From: Amphiscolops sp. MND2022
Taxonomy: Eukaryota
Direction of reading: 5' to 3'
Length of the DNA: 64,000 nt
NCBI GenBank assembly: GCA_964187785.1
Contig: OZ076409.1
Location: 12,340,001 to 12,404,000 of the forward strand
In this document: positions 35,001-47,300 of the stretch, piece after piece
Position numbering within the stretch: the first letter of the stretch is position 1
Layout of the letters: each line of letters begins with the position of its first letter
Program-made: the position numbers and the translations under genes
Notes under the pieces: generated by a model
Databases searched by the model: none
Seen by the model: the letters and a program-made list of their open reading frames with translations, nothing else
What the model was told of the DNA's origin: nothing

Positions 35001-35672
35001 ATACAATAAAGTTCTTTTAGAGTATGTCAAAGGAGTTGTACAAAAATTTGTTGTATATAGGTGTATGAAAAATGAAAGTTATATAAAGAAATATGTGATG
35101 TATGTGTTATATATTTTAATTGTTATGTATTTGGATCCGTAAGCTAGTTTTAAAAGAGTTTTGTATGTTATTTGTACTATAGAGGAGAGAACAAGAAAAG
35201 TATTATAATTATATTATGTAAAAAATATGTGTTATATATGTGTGCCAACTTTAAAGTTGATCCAAGCGGCTAGAACCAAGGAGATTTCTACTAGCTGGAA
35301 TCGCTGGATAGCACTGAAGAAGGGCCAACACGTATCGCACGTCTGCGGTTGGAACGGAAGAAAGAGAGAAAGCCAACACAAATTCACTCAGTGGTGGTTG
35401 GAACGAAAATTTTACTGACAGGAATTACGTCAAGAAACGTAGTCAGAACCAAGAAATATGAATGACAGGAATTACGGTGAGGAACGCAGTCAGAACCATA
35501 GCAACACGGATCAATTTCAAATAGAAATTGGTTGCAACGTTGAAGTTAGTAACGATAGGCGATATTGAGAGGTGGAGAAACTGTGTGTCGAACAAAGAGG
35601 TAGCGTATGAGAAAGTCGAGGAAAGAGGTACAACAATTGTAGATGTGTGAAATAAATGGGAGAGAAAAAAGA

Positions 35673-35690
35673 ATTTTCTTGGTCGCACCA
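35673..35690 (-). promoter_or_regulatory. primer-binding site (TGGTGCGACCAAG...) 2 nt downstream of the 5' LTR
   Basis: The minus strand reads LTR-CA|AT|TGGTGCGACC, complementary to a tRNA ending GGUCGC-A-CCA. The isoacceptor is not determined (possibly Gly). Confidence 0.75.
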
Positions 35691-35692
35691 AT

Positions 35693-36093
35693 TGAGCTGT
35701 TAAAAAGTTGTGTGATGGTTTCTTTTAGGAGTGTTAGTACTGACATAAGACGTCTAAGATTTTAACAGCGGAGTCGTCTTATTTTATATCTTGTAGCTAG
35801 CTAGTTCTGAGTACAATCTATTTCTGAGATCTCAGTTATCGAAGTGCGGGAGGAAGACCGATTGTTAGGATGAATTCTCAATTTCTCCGAGTAGATATAT
35901 TCTATTAACTAGGGTAGGTTACATCAATTAACAATGTGACAGCAACAGGATGAATCAGGGGAGCTTGATACAGGATCTATTAAATGAAGTTTCTTAGCTT
36001 CTAAATTAGATTACATTTACTAATTGCTTTGGTTAAGAGTTCAGAGTATTTCAGATTTATAGAATCTTTGAGGACATGCATCATGGCATCACA
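35693..36093 (-). repeat. 5' LTR of the giant Gypsy element
   Basis: Upstream of the PBS and gag on the minus strand; about 99% identical to 18172-18572. Confidence 0.97.
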
Positions 36094-38029
36094 CTTTCAA
36101 TGTCAATCTGTTACAAAAACCAACTGATACATTTTTCGCAATGGCAACGCTAGATCTTTCAATGTTACTTTTCATAGTGCCGTATCGATACAGTCCAAGA
36201 TTCCTGTCATTTAGCTGTTGCCTTGCTGGAGCCATGAGAACATTCATTGAATCGTTAACGTATTCTTTAATTTTGGCTTCAAATCCAGAAATGAAATTTC
36301 CAACCATGGTTATCCTTGGGGAATAAAGTGGCAACATTTTATATGGACAAATATCATACACGTTGAGGTTTTATATTCCATGATGGCATCGAGCATTGCC
36401 CATGATGTAAAAGCAGTTAGAAGAGGCCTAAAATTATCTACTGAACTATGAAAATGCATAAAATTCAAGGAAAAAGTTTTGACATTTTTGATTCATGTTT
36501 TCATCCTATTTTCAAGGAAACACTCAATTCAAGGACACACTACACTAAGTAACTGATTTTGTTATCGATACTAGTACCTATCCTACGAAATTTTTAATTT
36601 AGCACGAAAAGTTACTGAAAATGTCAAAACAAAAACGCGGGAACTTTTTCGATTTTAGGTCATTCTGCCGTTATCTTCGTATCTAGAAAACTGCAAATTT
36701 TTCTTGACAAAAAACTACTGTATTGATAGTAGCTTCGCCTGGAGGCTATTGAATAATACTTGGCAAAAAGGGTCAAAAGATATTTTACCGTTTACGATGA
36801 ACATTTTATACTATTTCTATTTGAAACGCGTACTGATAGCTGCATGTTTCAATGCTGAGTCTGTTGAACGTCTATTTCAGGAAATCATCGATTGGCAAAA
36901 AATGGGAAAAATTCAAAAACTGCAGTATTCTATTCAACAAGAGCTACAAAAATATTGAGTTCATTCGTCGTTGTACAGTTTGATGATTTTAAATCAACAA
37001 ACTTTGCGGATGTTTTGGTTATTTCGACAACTTTGCGGCCATTTTGAAGCACTCTTCTAAAAAAAGCCCGCAGATCCTTTTTTAAAACACTTACCAAATA
37101 CCGGGTTCAGTTGTTGTGGAATCCCTAAAAATTTCTAAAATTTTACGAAATCGCTCTAATGATTTTCAAAGAAAGTGGGTGGGAATTTTGTTATATTTGG
37201 ATACTTCGATTAATTTTGGTACATGTCTACATACAAAACCGCCACTTTCTCCTCTAAAAACATACTGCCTGCCTAATTAAATAAAGCGTTTAGAGCTTTT
37301 TGGAACTTCTAAATCTTGAAAGTATTTTTTTTTCAAAAATCTTTAAAACGAATGAAATTTTAATTTCGACTACTTTACGGTCTTTTGAGGCAGTTTATGA
37401 ACACAAATCTTCAAAGAAGCGTACTGAAAACTACATTCTTCGTTATTGAGTTTTTGTGGTGTCGACTCCACGAAATCACCGATTTTTACAGAAATTTCAA
37501 AGATAAATGTCGAATGTATGAGATTTTTGGACTTTTGACTATTTTGAGTTTTCAATAATTTTCTGCACGAAGCGGGGTATTTTGCATCAAAGAAACATTG
37601 ATGATCAAACAACATTTCTTTGTTCACAAAACGTTCCAAATATGTCTGAAAAATGTGGATTTTTTTGTCGAAAAACCTATTGCTCAATTTGTAAAATACG
37701 CCCCTCCGGGGCACACGATTATTTCTGCTTTTATACCCTTTCAGAAGCAAAAAAAGGTAGCCAGAGAAACTATTTCCAAGACAAAAGAGAAGTCAGCAAA
37801 AGTAAAAAAAAAGACGGAGCAAGTTAGTTAATTTCAGGTACAATTGATTAAAACAATATTGCAGTAATTCTATACCACGTAGAGAAATTGCACAATTTAC
37901 ATGTGATACCGCCATATAGTCTGTGTAGAGGTATTTAAATCGAAGAGGGAAGAAAAGTAAAGATTTGAATCGAATGAAATTTCTACTTGTGCAAAAGATT
38001 TTGAGTGTATACTGGAGTCTATGGTTAAC

Positions 38030-38170
38030 CTCCACCCGATTCTTGAAGAGTAGAGCTGTAACGGTCTACCTGCTTCAAGAGAGGTCAACCAATACTAAGA
38101 ACCCAGTAGACACTTGTACTGTGCAGGCTGGGTTAGGGCCGTCTTACCCAGTACATTTTGTCTACATCAT
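38030..38170 (-). repeat. dispersed repeat homologous to the LINE 3' UTR at 15115-15240
   Basis: AGAACCCAGTAGACACTTGTACTGTGCAGGCTGGGTTAGGGCCGTCTTACCCAGTACA aligns to the reverse complement of 15115-15171. Confidence 0.7.
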
Positions 38171-38379
38171 GGGAGTAGTGAAATTAACAAATAGCAAATC
38201 AGAGGAAAACAAAATTTGCACAAGGAACCGAAAGAATAATCAATAAAAACGGAAAAATACTTAACAAAACCATTTTATGCGACAAAGACAAACTATTCAC
38301 CAAAATTCCGCAAATAAGCGATATTTTTCCCATCGAACATAGTAGGTCTCTTGAAAAATTACTGGAAACGAACACCTTT

Positions 38380-41300
38380 GGAGAGTTAGACATTTAAAAA
38401 ACTAAAATGCTGGATATAATCACCATTTTTTCAGAACGTATCCCCCATGGAAGTACACTAAAGTAAGCCATTTTGAGAGTTAAAAACCAAAAAAAAACTA
38501 TAATGCTGGACATAATCAAATATTTATCAAACCGACAGAACTTATCTCCTATGGAAGTACACTAAAGTAAGCCATTTTGAGAGTTAAAGACAATTGAAAA
38601 GTTAAAATGCTGAAAAAAGTCAATACTTTTTAGAAACGACAGAACCTATCACGTATGGAAGTACACTAAAATGAGTCATTTTGAGAGTTCGAGACAAATG
38701 AAAAACCAAAATGCTGGACATAATCAACAATTTTTCAAACCGACAGAGCTTATCACCCATTGGAAGTACACTAAAGGGAGCCATTTTGAGAGTTAAAGAC
38801 AAGTAAAAAAACCAAAATGCTGGATATAATCAACATTTTTTCAAACCGACAGAGCTTATCACCTATGGAAGTAGACTAAAGTGAGTCATTTTGAGAGTTA
38901 AAGACAAATAAAAAATCAAAATGCTGGACATAATCAACAATATTTCAAACCGAGAGAACATATCCCCTGTATAAGTATACTGAAGTAAGCCATTTTGAGA
39001 ATTTAAGACAAATGAAAACCTAAAACGTTTGACATAATCAACAATTTTTCAAACCGACAGAATTTATTCCATATAGAAGTACACCAAAGTAAGCCATTTT
39101 GAGAGTTAAAAACAAATAAAAACTAAAATGCTGGACATAATCAACTATTTTTCAAACCGACAGAACTCATTCCCTACGGAAGTAGACTAAAGTAAGCCAT
39201 TTTGAGAGTTAAAGACAATTGAAAAGTTGAAATGCTGGAAATAATCAACAGTTTATAGAAACGACAGAACTTATCACGCATGGACGTACACTAAAACGAG
39301 TCATTTTGAGAGTTCAAGACAAATTAAAAACCAAAATGCTGGACATAATCAACAATTTTTCAAACCGACAGAGCTTATCACCTATGGAAGTACACTAAAG
39401 TGAGTCATTTTGAGAGTTAAAGACAAATAAAAAACCAAAATGCTGGACATAATCAACAATATTTCAAACCAAGAGAACTTATCCCCAATGGAAGTATACT
39501 GAAGTAAGCCATTTTGAGAGTTAACGACTTTTGAAAAGTTAAAATGCTGGAAAAAATCGAAAATTTTTCTAACCGAGAGAACTTATCCCCTATGTAAGTA
39601 TAATGAAGTAAGTCATTTTGAGAGTTCAAGACAAAAGAAAACCTAAAATTCTTGACAATCAACATTTTTTCAAACCGACAGAGTTTATTCCATATAGAAG
39701 TACACTAAAGTGAGTCATTTTGAGAGTTAGGGACAAATAAAGAACCAAAATGCTGGACATAATCAACAATATTTCAAACCGAGAGAACTTATCCCCTGTA
39801 CAAGTATACTGAAGTAAGCCATTTTGAGAGTTCAAGACAAAGGAAAACCTAAAATGCTTGACAATCAACACTTTTTTAAACCGATAGAATTTATTCTATA
39901 TAGAAGTACACTAAAGTAGGCCATTTTGAGAGTTAAAAACAAGTAAAAACTAAAATGCTGGACATAATCAACTATTTTTGAAACCGACAGAACTTATTCC
40001 CTACGGAAGTAGACTAAAGTAAGCCATTTTGAGAATTAAAAACAATTGAAAAGTTGAAATGCTGGAAATAATCAACAATTTTTAGAAATGACAGAACTTA
40101 TCACGCATGGAAGTACACTAAAGTGAGTCATTTTGAGAGTTCAAGACAAATGAAAAACCAAAATGCTGGACATAATCAACAATTTTTCAAACCGACAGAG
40201 CTTATCACTTATGGAAGTACCCTAAAGTGAGTCATTTTGAGAGTTAAAGACAAATAAAAAACCAAAATGCTGGACATAATCAACAATTTTTAAAGCCGAC
40301 AGAGCTTATCACCTATGGAAGTACACTAAAGTGAGTCATTTTGAGAGTTAAAGACAAATAAAAAACCAAAATGCTGGACATAATCAACAATATTTCAAAC
40401 CGAGAGGACTTATCCCCAATGGAAGTATACTGAAGTAAGCCATTTTGAGAGTTAAAGACTTTTGAAAAGTTAAAATGCTGGAAAAAATTGAAAATTTTTC
40501 CAATCGAGAGAACTTATCCCCTATGTAAGTATAGTGAAGTAAGTCATTTTGAGAGTTCAAGACAAAAGAAAACCTAAAGTGCTTGACAATCAACAATTTT
40601 TTAAACCGTTAGAATTTATTCTATATAGAAGTACACTAAAGTAGGCCATTTTGAGAGTTAAAAACAAGTAAAAACTAAAATGCTGGACATAATCAACTAT
40701 TTTTGAAACCGACAGAACTTATTCCCTACGGAAGTAGACTAAAGTAAGCCATTTTGAGAGTTAAAAACAATTGAAAAGTTGAAATGCTGGAAATAATCAA
40801 CAATTTTTAGAAATGACAGAACTTATCACGCATGGAAGTACACTAAAGTGAGTCATTTTGAGAGTTCAAGACAAATGAAAAACCAAAATGCTGGACATAA
40901 TCAACAATTTTTCAAACCGACAGAGCTTATCACTTATGGAAGTACCCTAAAGTGAGTCATTTTGAGAGTTAAAGACAAATAAAAAACCAAAATGCTGGAC
41001 ATAATCAACAATTTTTAAAGCCGACAGAGCTTATCACCTATGGAAGTACACTAAAGTGAGTCATTTTGAGAGTTCAAGACAAATGAAAAACCAAAATGCT
41101 GGACATAATCAACAATTTTTCAAACCGACAGAGCTTATCACTTATGGAAGTACCCTAAAGTGAGTCATTTTGAGAGTTAAAGACAAATAAAAAACCAAAA
41201 TGCTGGACATAATCAACAATTTTTAAAGCCGACAGAGCTTATCACCTATGGAAGTACACTAAAGTGAGTCATTTTGAGAGTTAAAGACAAATAAAAAACC

Positions 41301-44300
41301 AAAATGCTGGACATAATCAACAATATTTCAAACCGAGAGGACTTATCCCCAATGGAAGTATACTGAAGTAAGCCATTTTGAGAGTTAAAGACTTTTGAAA
41401 AGTTAAAATGCTGGAAAAAATTGAAAATTTTTCCAATCGAGAGAACTTATCCCCTATGTAAGTATAGTGAAGTAAGTCATTTTGAGAGTTCAAGACAAAA
41501 GAAAACCTAAAGTGCTTGACAATCAACAATTTTTCAAACCGACAGAGTTTATTCCATATAGAAGTACACTAAAGTAAGCCATTTAGAGAGTTAAAGACAA
41601 ATGAAAAGTTAAAATGCTGGAAATAATCAACAATTTTTAGAAACGACAGAACTTATCACCTATGGAAGTACACTAAAGTGAGTCATTTTGAGAGTTAAAG
41701 ACAATATAAAAGTTGAAATGCTGGAAATAATCAACAATTTTTAGAAACGACAGAACTTATCATGCATGGAAGTACACTAAAGGGAGTCATTTTGAGAGTT
41801 AAAGACAAGTAAAAAAACCAAAATGCTGGACATAATCAACATTTTTTCAAACCGACAGAGCTTATCACCTATGGAAGTAGACTAAAGTGAGTCATTTTGA
41901 GAGTTAAAGACAAATAAAAAATCAAAATGCTGGACATAATCAACAATATTTCAAACCGAGAGAACTTATCCCCTATATAAGTATACTGAAGTAAGCCATT
42001 TTGAGAATTTAAGACAAATGAAAACCTAAAACGTTTGACATAATCAACAATTTTTCAAACCGACAGAATTTATTCCATATAGAAGTACACCAAAGTAAGC
42101 CATTTTGAGAGTTAAAAACAAATAAAAACTAAAATGCTGGACATAATCAACTATTTTTCAAACCGACAGAACTCATTCCCTACGGAAGTAGACTAAAGTA
42201 AGCCATTTTGAGAGTTAAAGACAATTGAAAAGTTGAAATGCTGGAAATAATCAACAGTTTATAGAAACGACAGAACTTATCACGCATGGACGTACACTAA
42301 AACGAGTCATTTTGAGAGTTCAAGACAAATTAAAAACCAAAATGCTGGACATAATCAACAATTTTTCAAACCGACAGAGCTTATCACCTATGGAAGTACA
42401 CTAAAGTGAGTCATTTTGAGAGTTAAAGACAAATAAAAAACCAAAATGCTGGACATAATCAACAATATTTCAAACCAAGAGAACTTATCCCCAATGGAAG
42501 TATACTGAAGTAAGCCATTTTGAGAGTTAAATACTTTTGAAAAGTTAAAATGCTGGAAAAAATCGAAAATTTTTCTAACCGAGAGAACTTATCCCCTATG
42601 TAAGTATAATGAAGTAAGTCATTTTGAGAGTTCAAGACAAAAGAAAACCTAAAATTCTTGACAATCAACATTTTTTCAAACCGACAGAGTTTATTCCATA
42701 TAGAAGTACACTAAAGTGAGTCATTTTGAGAGTTAGGGACAAATAAATAACCAAAATGCTGGACATAATCAACAATATTTCAAACCGAGAGAACTTATCC
42801 CCTGTACAAGTATACTGAAGTAAGCCATTTTGAGAGTTCAAGACAAAGGAAAACCTAAAATGCTTGACAATCAACACTTTTTCAAACCGATAGAATTTAT
42901 TCTATATAGAAGTACACTAAAGTAGGCCATTTTGAGAGTTAAAAACAAGTAAAAACTAAAATGCTGGACATAATCAACTATTTTTGAAACCGACAGAACT
43001 TATTCCCTACGGAAGTAGACTAAAGTAAGCCATTTTGAGAGTTAAAAACAATTGAAAAGTTGAAATGCTGGAAATAATCAACAATTTTTAGAAATGACAG
43101 AACTTATCACGCATGGAAGTACACTAAAGTGAGTCATTTTGAGAGTTCAAGACAAATGAAAAACCAAAATGCTGGACATAATCAACAATTTTTCAAACCG
43201 ACAGAGCTTATCACTTATGGAAGTACACTAAAGTGAGTCATTTTGAGAGTTAAAGACAAATAAAAAACCAAAATGCTGGACATAATCAACAATTTTTAAA
43301 GCCGACAGAGCTTATCACCTATGGAAGTACACTAAAGTGAGTCATTTTGAGAGTTAAAGACAAATAAAAAACCAAAATGCTGGACATAATCAACAATATT
43401 TCAAACCGAGAGGACTTATCCCCAATGGAAGTATACTGAAGTAAGCCATTTTGAGAGTTAAAGACTTTTGAAAAGGTAAAATGCTGGAAAAAATTGAAAG
43501 TTTTTCCAATCGAGAGAACTTATCCCCTATGTAAGTATAGTGAAGTAAGTCATTTTGAGAGTTCAAGACAAAAGAAAACCTAAAGTGCTTGACAATCAAC
43601 AATTTTTCAAACCGACAGAGTTTATTCCATATAGAAGTACACTAAAGTAAGCCATTTTGAGAGTTAAAGACAAATGAAAAGTTAAAATGCTGGAAATAAT
43701 CAACAATTTTTAGAAACGACAGAACTTATCACCTATGGAAGTACACTAAAGTGAGTCATTTTGAGAGTTGAAGACAATATAAAAGTTGAAATGCTGGAAA
43801 TAATCAACAATTTTTAGAAACGACAGAACTTATCATGCATGGAAGTACACTAAAGTGAGTCATTTTGAGAGGTCAAGACAAATGAAAAACCAAAATGCTG
43901 GACATAATCAACAATCTGTCAAACCGACAGAGTTTATCACCTATGGAAGTACACTAAAGTGAGTCATTTTGAGAGTTAAAGACAAACAAGAAACCAAAAT
44001 GCAGGACATAATCAACAATTTTTCAAACCGACAGAGCTTATCACCTATGGAAGTACACTAAAGTGAGTCATTTTGAGAGTTAAAGACAAATAAAAAACCA
44101 AAATGCTGGACATAATCAACAATTTTCTAAACTGAGAGAACTTATCCCCTAAGTATACTGAAGTAAGCCATTTTCAGAGTTAAATGCTGGAAAAAATCAA
44201 AATTTTTTTTCCAAACGGAGAGAACTTATCCCCTATGTAAGTATACTGAAGTAAGCCATTTTGAGAGTTCAAGACAAATAAAAAACCTAAAATGCTTGAC

Positions 44301-47300
44301 AATCAACAATTTTTCAAACCGACAGAATTTATTCCATTTAGAAGTACACTAAAGTGAGTCATTTTGAGAGTTAAAGACAAATAAAAAACCAAAATGCTGG
44401 ACATAATCAACTATTTTTCAAACCGACAGAAATTATTCCCTATGAACGTACACTAAAGTAAGCCATTTTGAGAGTTAAAGACAAATAAAAAACCAAAATG
44501 CTGGACATAATCAACAATTTTCTAAACTGAGAGAACTTATCCCCTAAGTATACTGAAGTAAGCCATTTTCAGAGTTAAATGCTGGAAAAAATCAAAATTT
44601 TTTTTCCAAACGGAGAGAACTTATCCCCTATGTAAGTATACTGAAGTAAGCCATTTTGAGAGTTCAAGACAAAGGAAAACCTAAAATGCTTGACAATCAA
44701 CAATTTTTCAAACCGACAGAATTTATTCCATTTAGAAGTACACTAAAGTGAGTCATTTTGAGAGTTAAAGACAAATAAAAAACCAAAATGCTGGACATAA
44801 TCAACAATTTTTCAAACCGACAGAAATTATTCCCTATGAACGTACACTAAAGTAAGCCATTTTGAGAGTTAGAGACAATTGAAAAGGTAAAAGGCTGGAA
44901 AAAATCAAAAATTTTTTTTTCAAACCGAGAGAACTTATCCCCTATGTAAGTATACTGAAGTAAGCCATTTTGAGAGTTCAAGACAAAGGAAAACCTAAAA
45001 TGCTTGACAATCAACACTTTTTCAAACCGACAGAGTTAATCCCATATAGAAGTACACTGAAGTAAGCCTTTTTGAGAGTTAAAAAGAAATAAAAACTAAA
45101 ATGCTGGACATTATCAACTATTTTTCAGACCGACAGAAATTATTCTCTATGAAAGTACACTAAAGTAAGCCATTTTGAGAGTTAAAGACAAATAAAAAAC
45201 CAAAATGCTGGACATAATCAACAATTTTCCAAACTGAGAGAACTTATCCCCTATGGAAGTATACTGAAGTAAGCCATTTTGAGAGTTAAAGACATTTGAA
45301 AAGTTAAATCGCTGGAAAAAAATTTTTTTTTCAAACGGAGAGAACTTATCCCCTATGTAAGTATACTGAAGTAAGCCATTTTGAGAGTTCAAGACAAAAG
45401 AAAACCTAAAATGCTTGACAATCAACAATTTTTCAAACCGACAGAATTTATTCCATATAGAAGTACACTAAAGTGAGTCATTTTGAGAGTTAAAGACAAA
45501 TAAAAAACCAAAATGCTGGACATAATCAACTATTTTTCAAACCGACAGAAATTTTTCCCTATGAACGTACACTAAAGAAAGCCGTTTTGAGAGTTAAAGA
45601 CAATTGAGAAGTTAAAATGCTGGAAATAATCAACATTTTTCAAACCGACAGAGCTTATCACCTATGGAAGTACACTGAAGTGAGTCATTTTGAGAGTTAA
45701 AAACAAATAAAAAACCGAAATGCTGAACATAATCAACAATTTTCCAAACTGAGAGAACTTATCTCCTATAGAAGTATACTGAAGTAAGCCCTTTTGAGAG
45801 TTAAAGGCATTTGAAAAGTTGAAATGCTGGAAAAAATCAACAATTTTTTTCAAACCGAGAGAACTTATCCACTATGTAAGTATACTGAAGTAAGCCATTT
45901 TGAGAGTTCAAGACAAAGGAAAACCTAAAATGCTTGACAATCAACACTTTTTCAAACCGACAGAGTTTATCCCATATAGAAGTACACTGAAGTAAGCCAT
46001 TTTGAGAGTTGAAAACAAATAAAAACTAAAATGCTGGACATAATCAACTATTTTTCAAACCGACAGAAATTATTCCCTATGAAAGTACACTAAAGTAAGC
46101 CATTTTGAGAGTTCAAGACAAACAAAAACCTGAAATGCTTGACAATCAACAACTTTTCAAACCGACAGAATTTATTCCATATAGAATACACTAAAGTGAG
46201 TCATTTTGAGAGTTAAAGACAAATAAAAAACCAAAATGCTGGACATAATCAACTATTTTTCAAACCGACAGAAATTATTCTCTATGAACGTACACTAAAG
46301 AAAGCCGTTTTGAGAGTTAAAGACAATTGAGAAGATAAAATGCTGGAAATAATCAACATTTTTCAAACCGACAGAGCATATCACCTATGGAAGTACACTA
46401 AAGTGAGTCATTTTGATAGTTGAAGACAAATAAAAAACCAAAATGCTGGACATAATCAACAATTTTCCAAACTGAGAGAACTTATCCCCTATGGAAGTAT
46501 ACTGAAGTAAGCCATTTTCAGAGTTAAAGACAATTAAAAAACCAAAATGCTGGACATAATCAACAATTTCCCAAACTGAGAGAACTTATCCCCTATGGAA
46601 GTATACTGAAGTAAGCCATTTTGAGAGTTAAAGACATTTGAAAAGTTAAATCGCTGGAAAAAATCAAAATTTTTTTTTCAAACGAGGAGAACTTATCCCC
46701 TATGTAAGTATACTGAAGTAAGCCATTTTGAGAGTTCAAGACAAAAGAAAAACCTAAAATGCTTGACAATCAACAATTTTTCAAACCGACAGAATTTATT
46801 TTATATAGAAGTACACTAAAGTGAGTCATTTTGAGAGTTAAAGACAAATAAAAAACCAAAATGCTGGACATAATCAACTATTTTTCAAACCGACAGAAAT
46901 TATTCCCTATGAACGTACACTAAAGTAAGCCATTTTGAGAGTTAAAGACAAAGGAAAACCTAAAATGCTTGACAATCAACACTTTTTCAAACCGACAGAG
47001 TTTATCCCATATAGAAGTACACTGAAGTAAGCCATTTTGAGAGTTAAAAACAAATAAAAACTAAAATGCTGGACATTATCAACTATTTTTCAAACCGACA
47101 GAAATTATTCCCTATGAAAGTACACTAAAGTAAGCCATTTTGAGAGTTAAAGACAATTAAAAAACCAAAATGCTGGACATAATCAACAATTTCCCAAACT
47201 GAGAGAACTTATCCCCTATGGAAGTATACTGAAGTAAGCCATTTTGAGAGTTAAAGACATTTGAAAAGTTAAATCGCTGGAAAAAATCAAATTTTTTTTG

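Larger units (their letters stand above)
18172..36093 (-). mobile_element. giant (17.9 kb) env-bearing Ty3/Gypsy (Metaviridae-like) LTR retroelement
   Basis: 401-bp TG...CA LTRs at 18172-18572 and 35693-36093 (about 4 substitutions). TSD CTTT at 18168-18171 and 36094-36097. PBS next to the right LTR. Domain order PR-RT-RH-IN with GPY motif, plus extra ORFs. Confidence 0.97.

Noticed and set aside
18172..36093. Apparent paradox of near-identical LTRs but many ORF lesions
   Set aside because: About 1% LTR divergence applied over ~15 kb of AT-rich coding sequence is roughly enough to give a handful of stops and indels, so it is not clearly anomalous.
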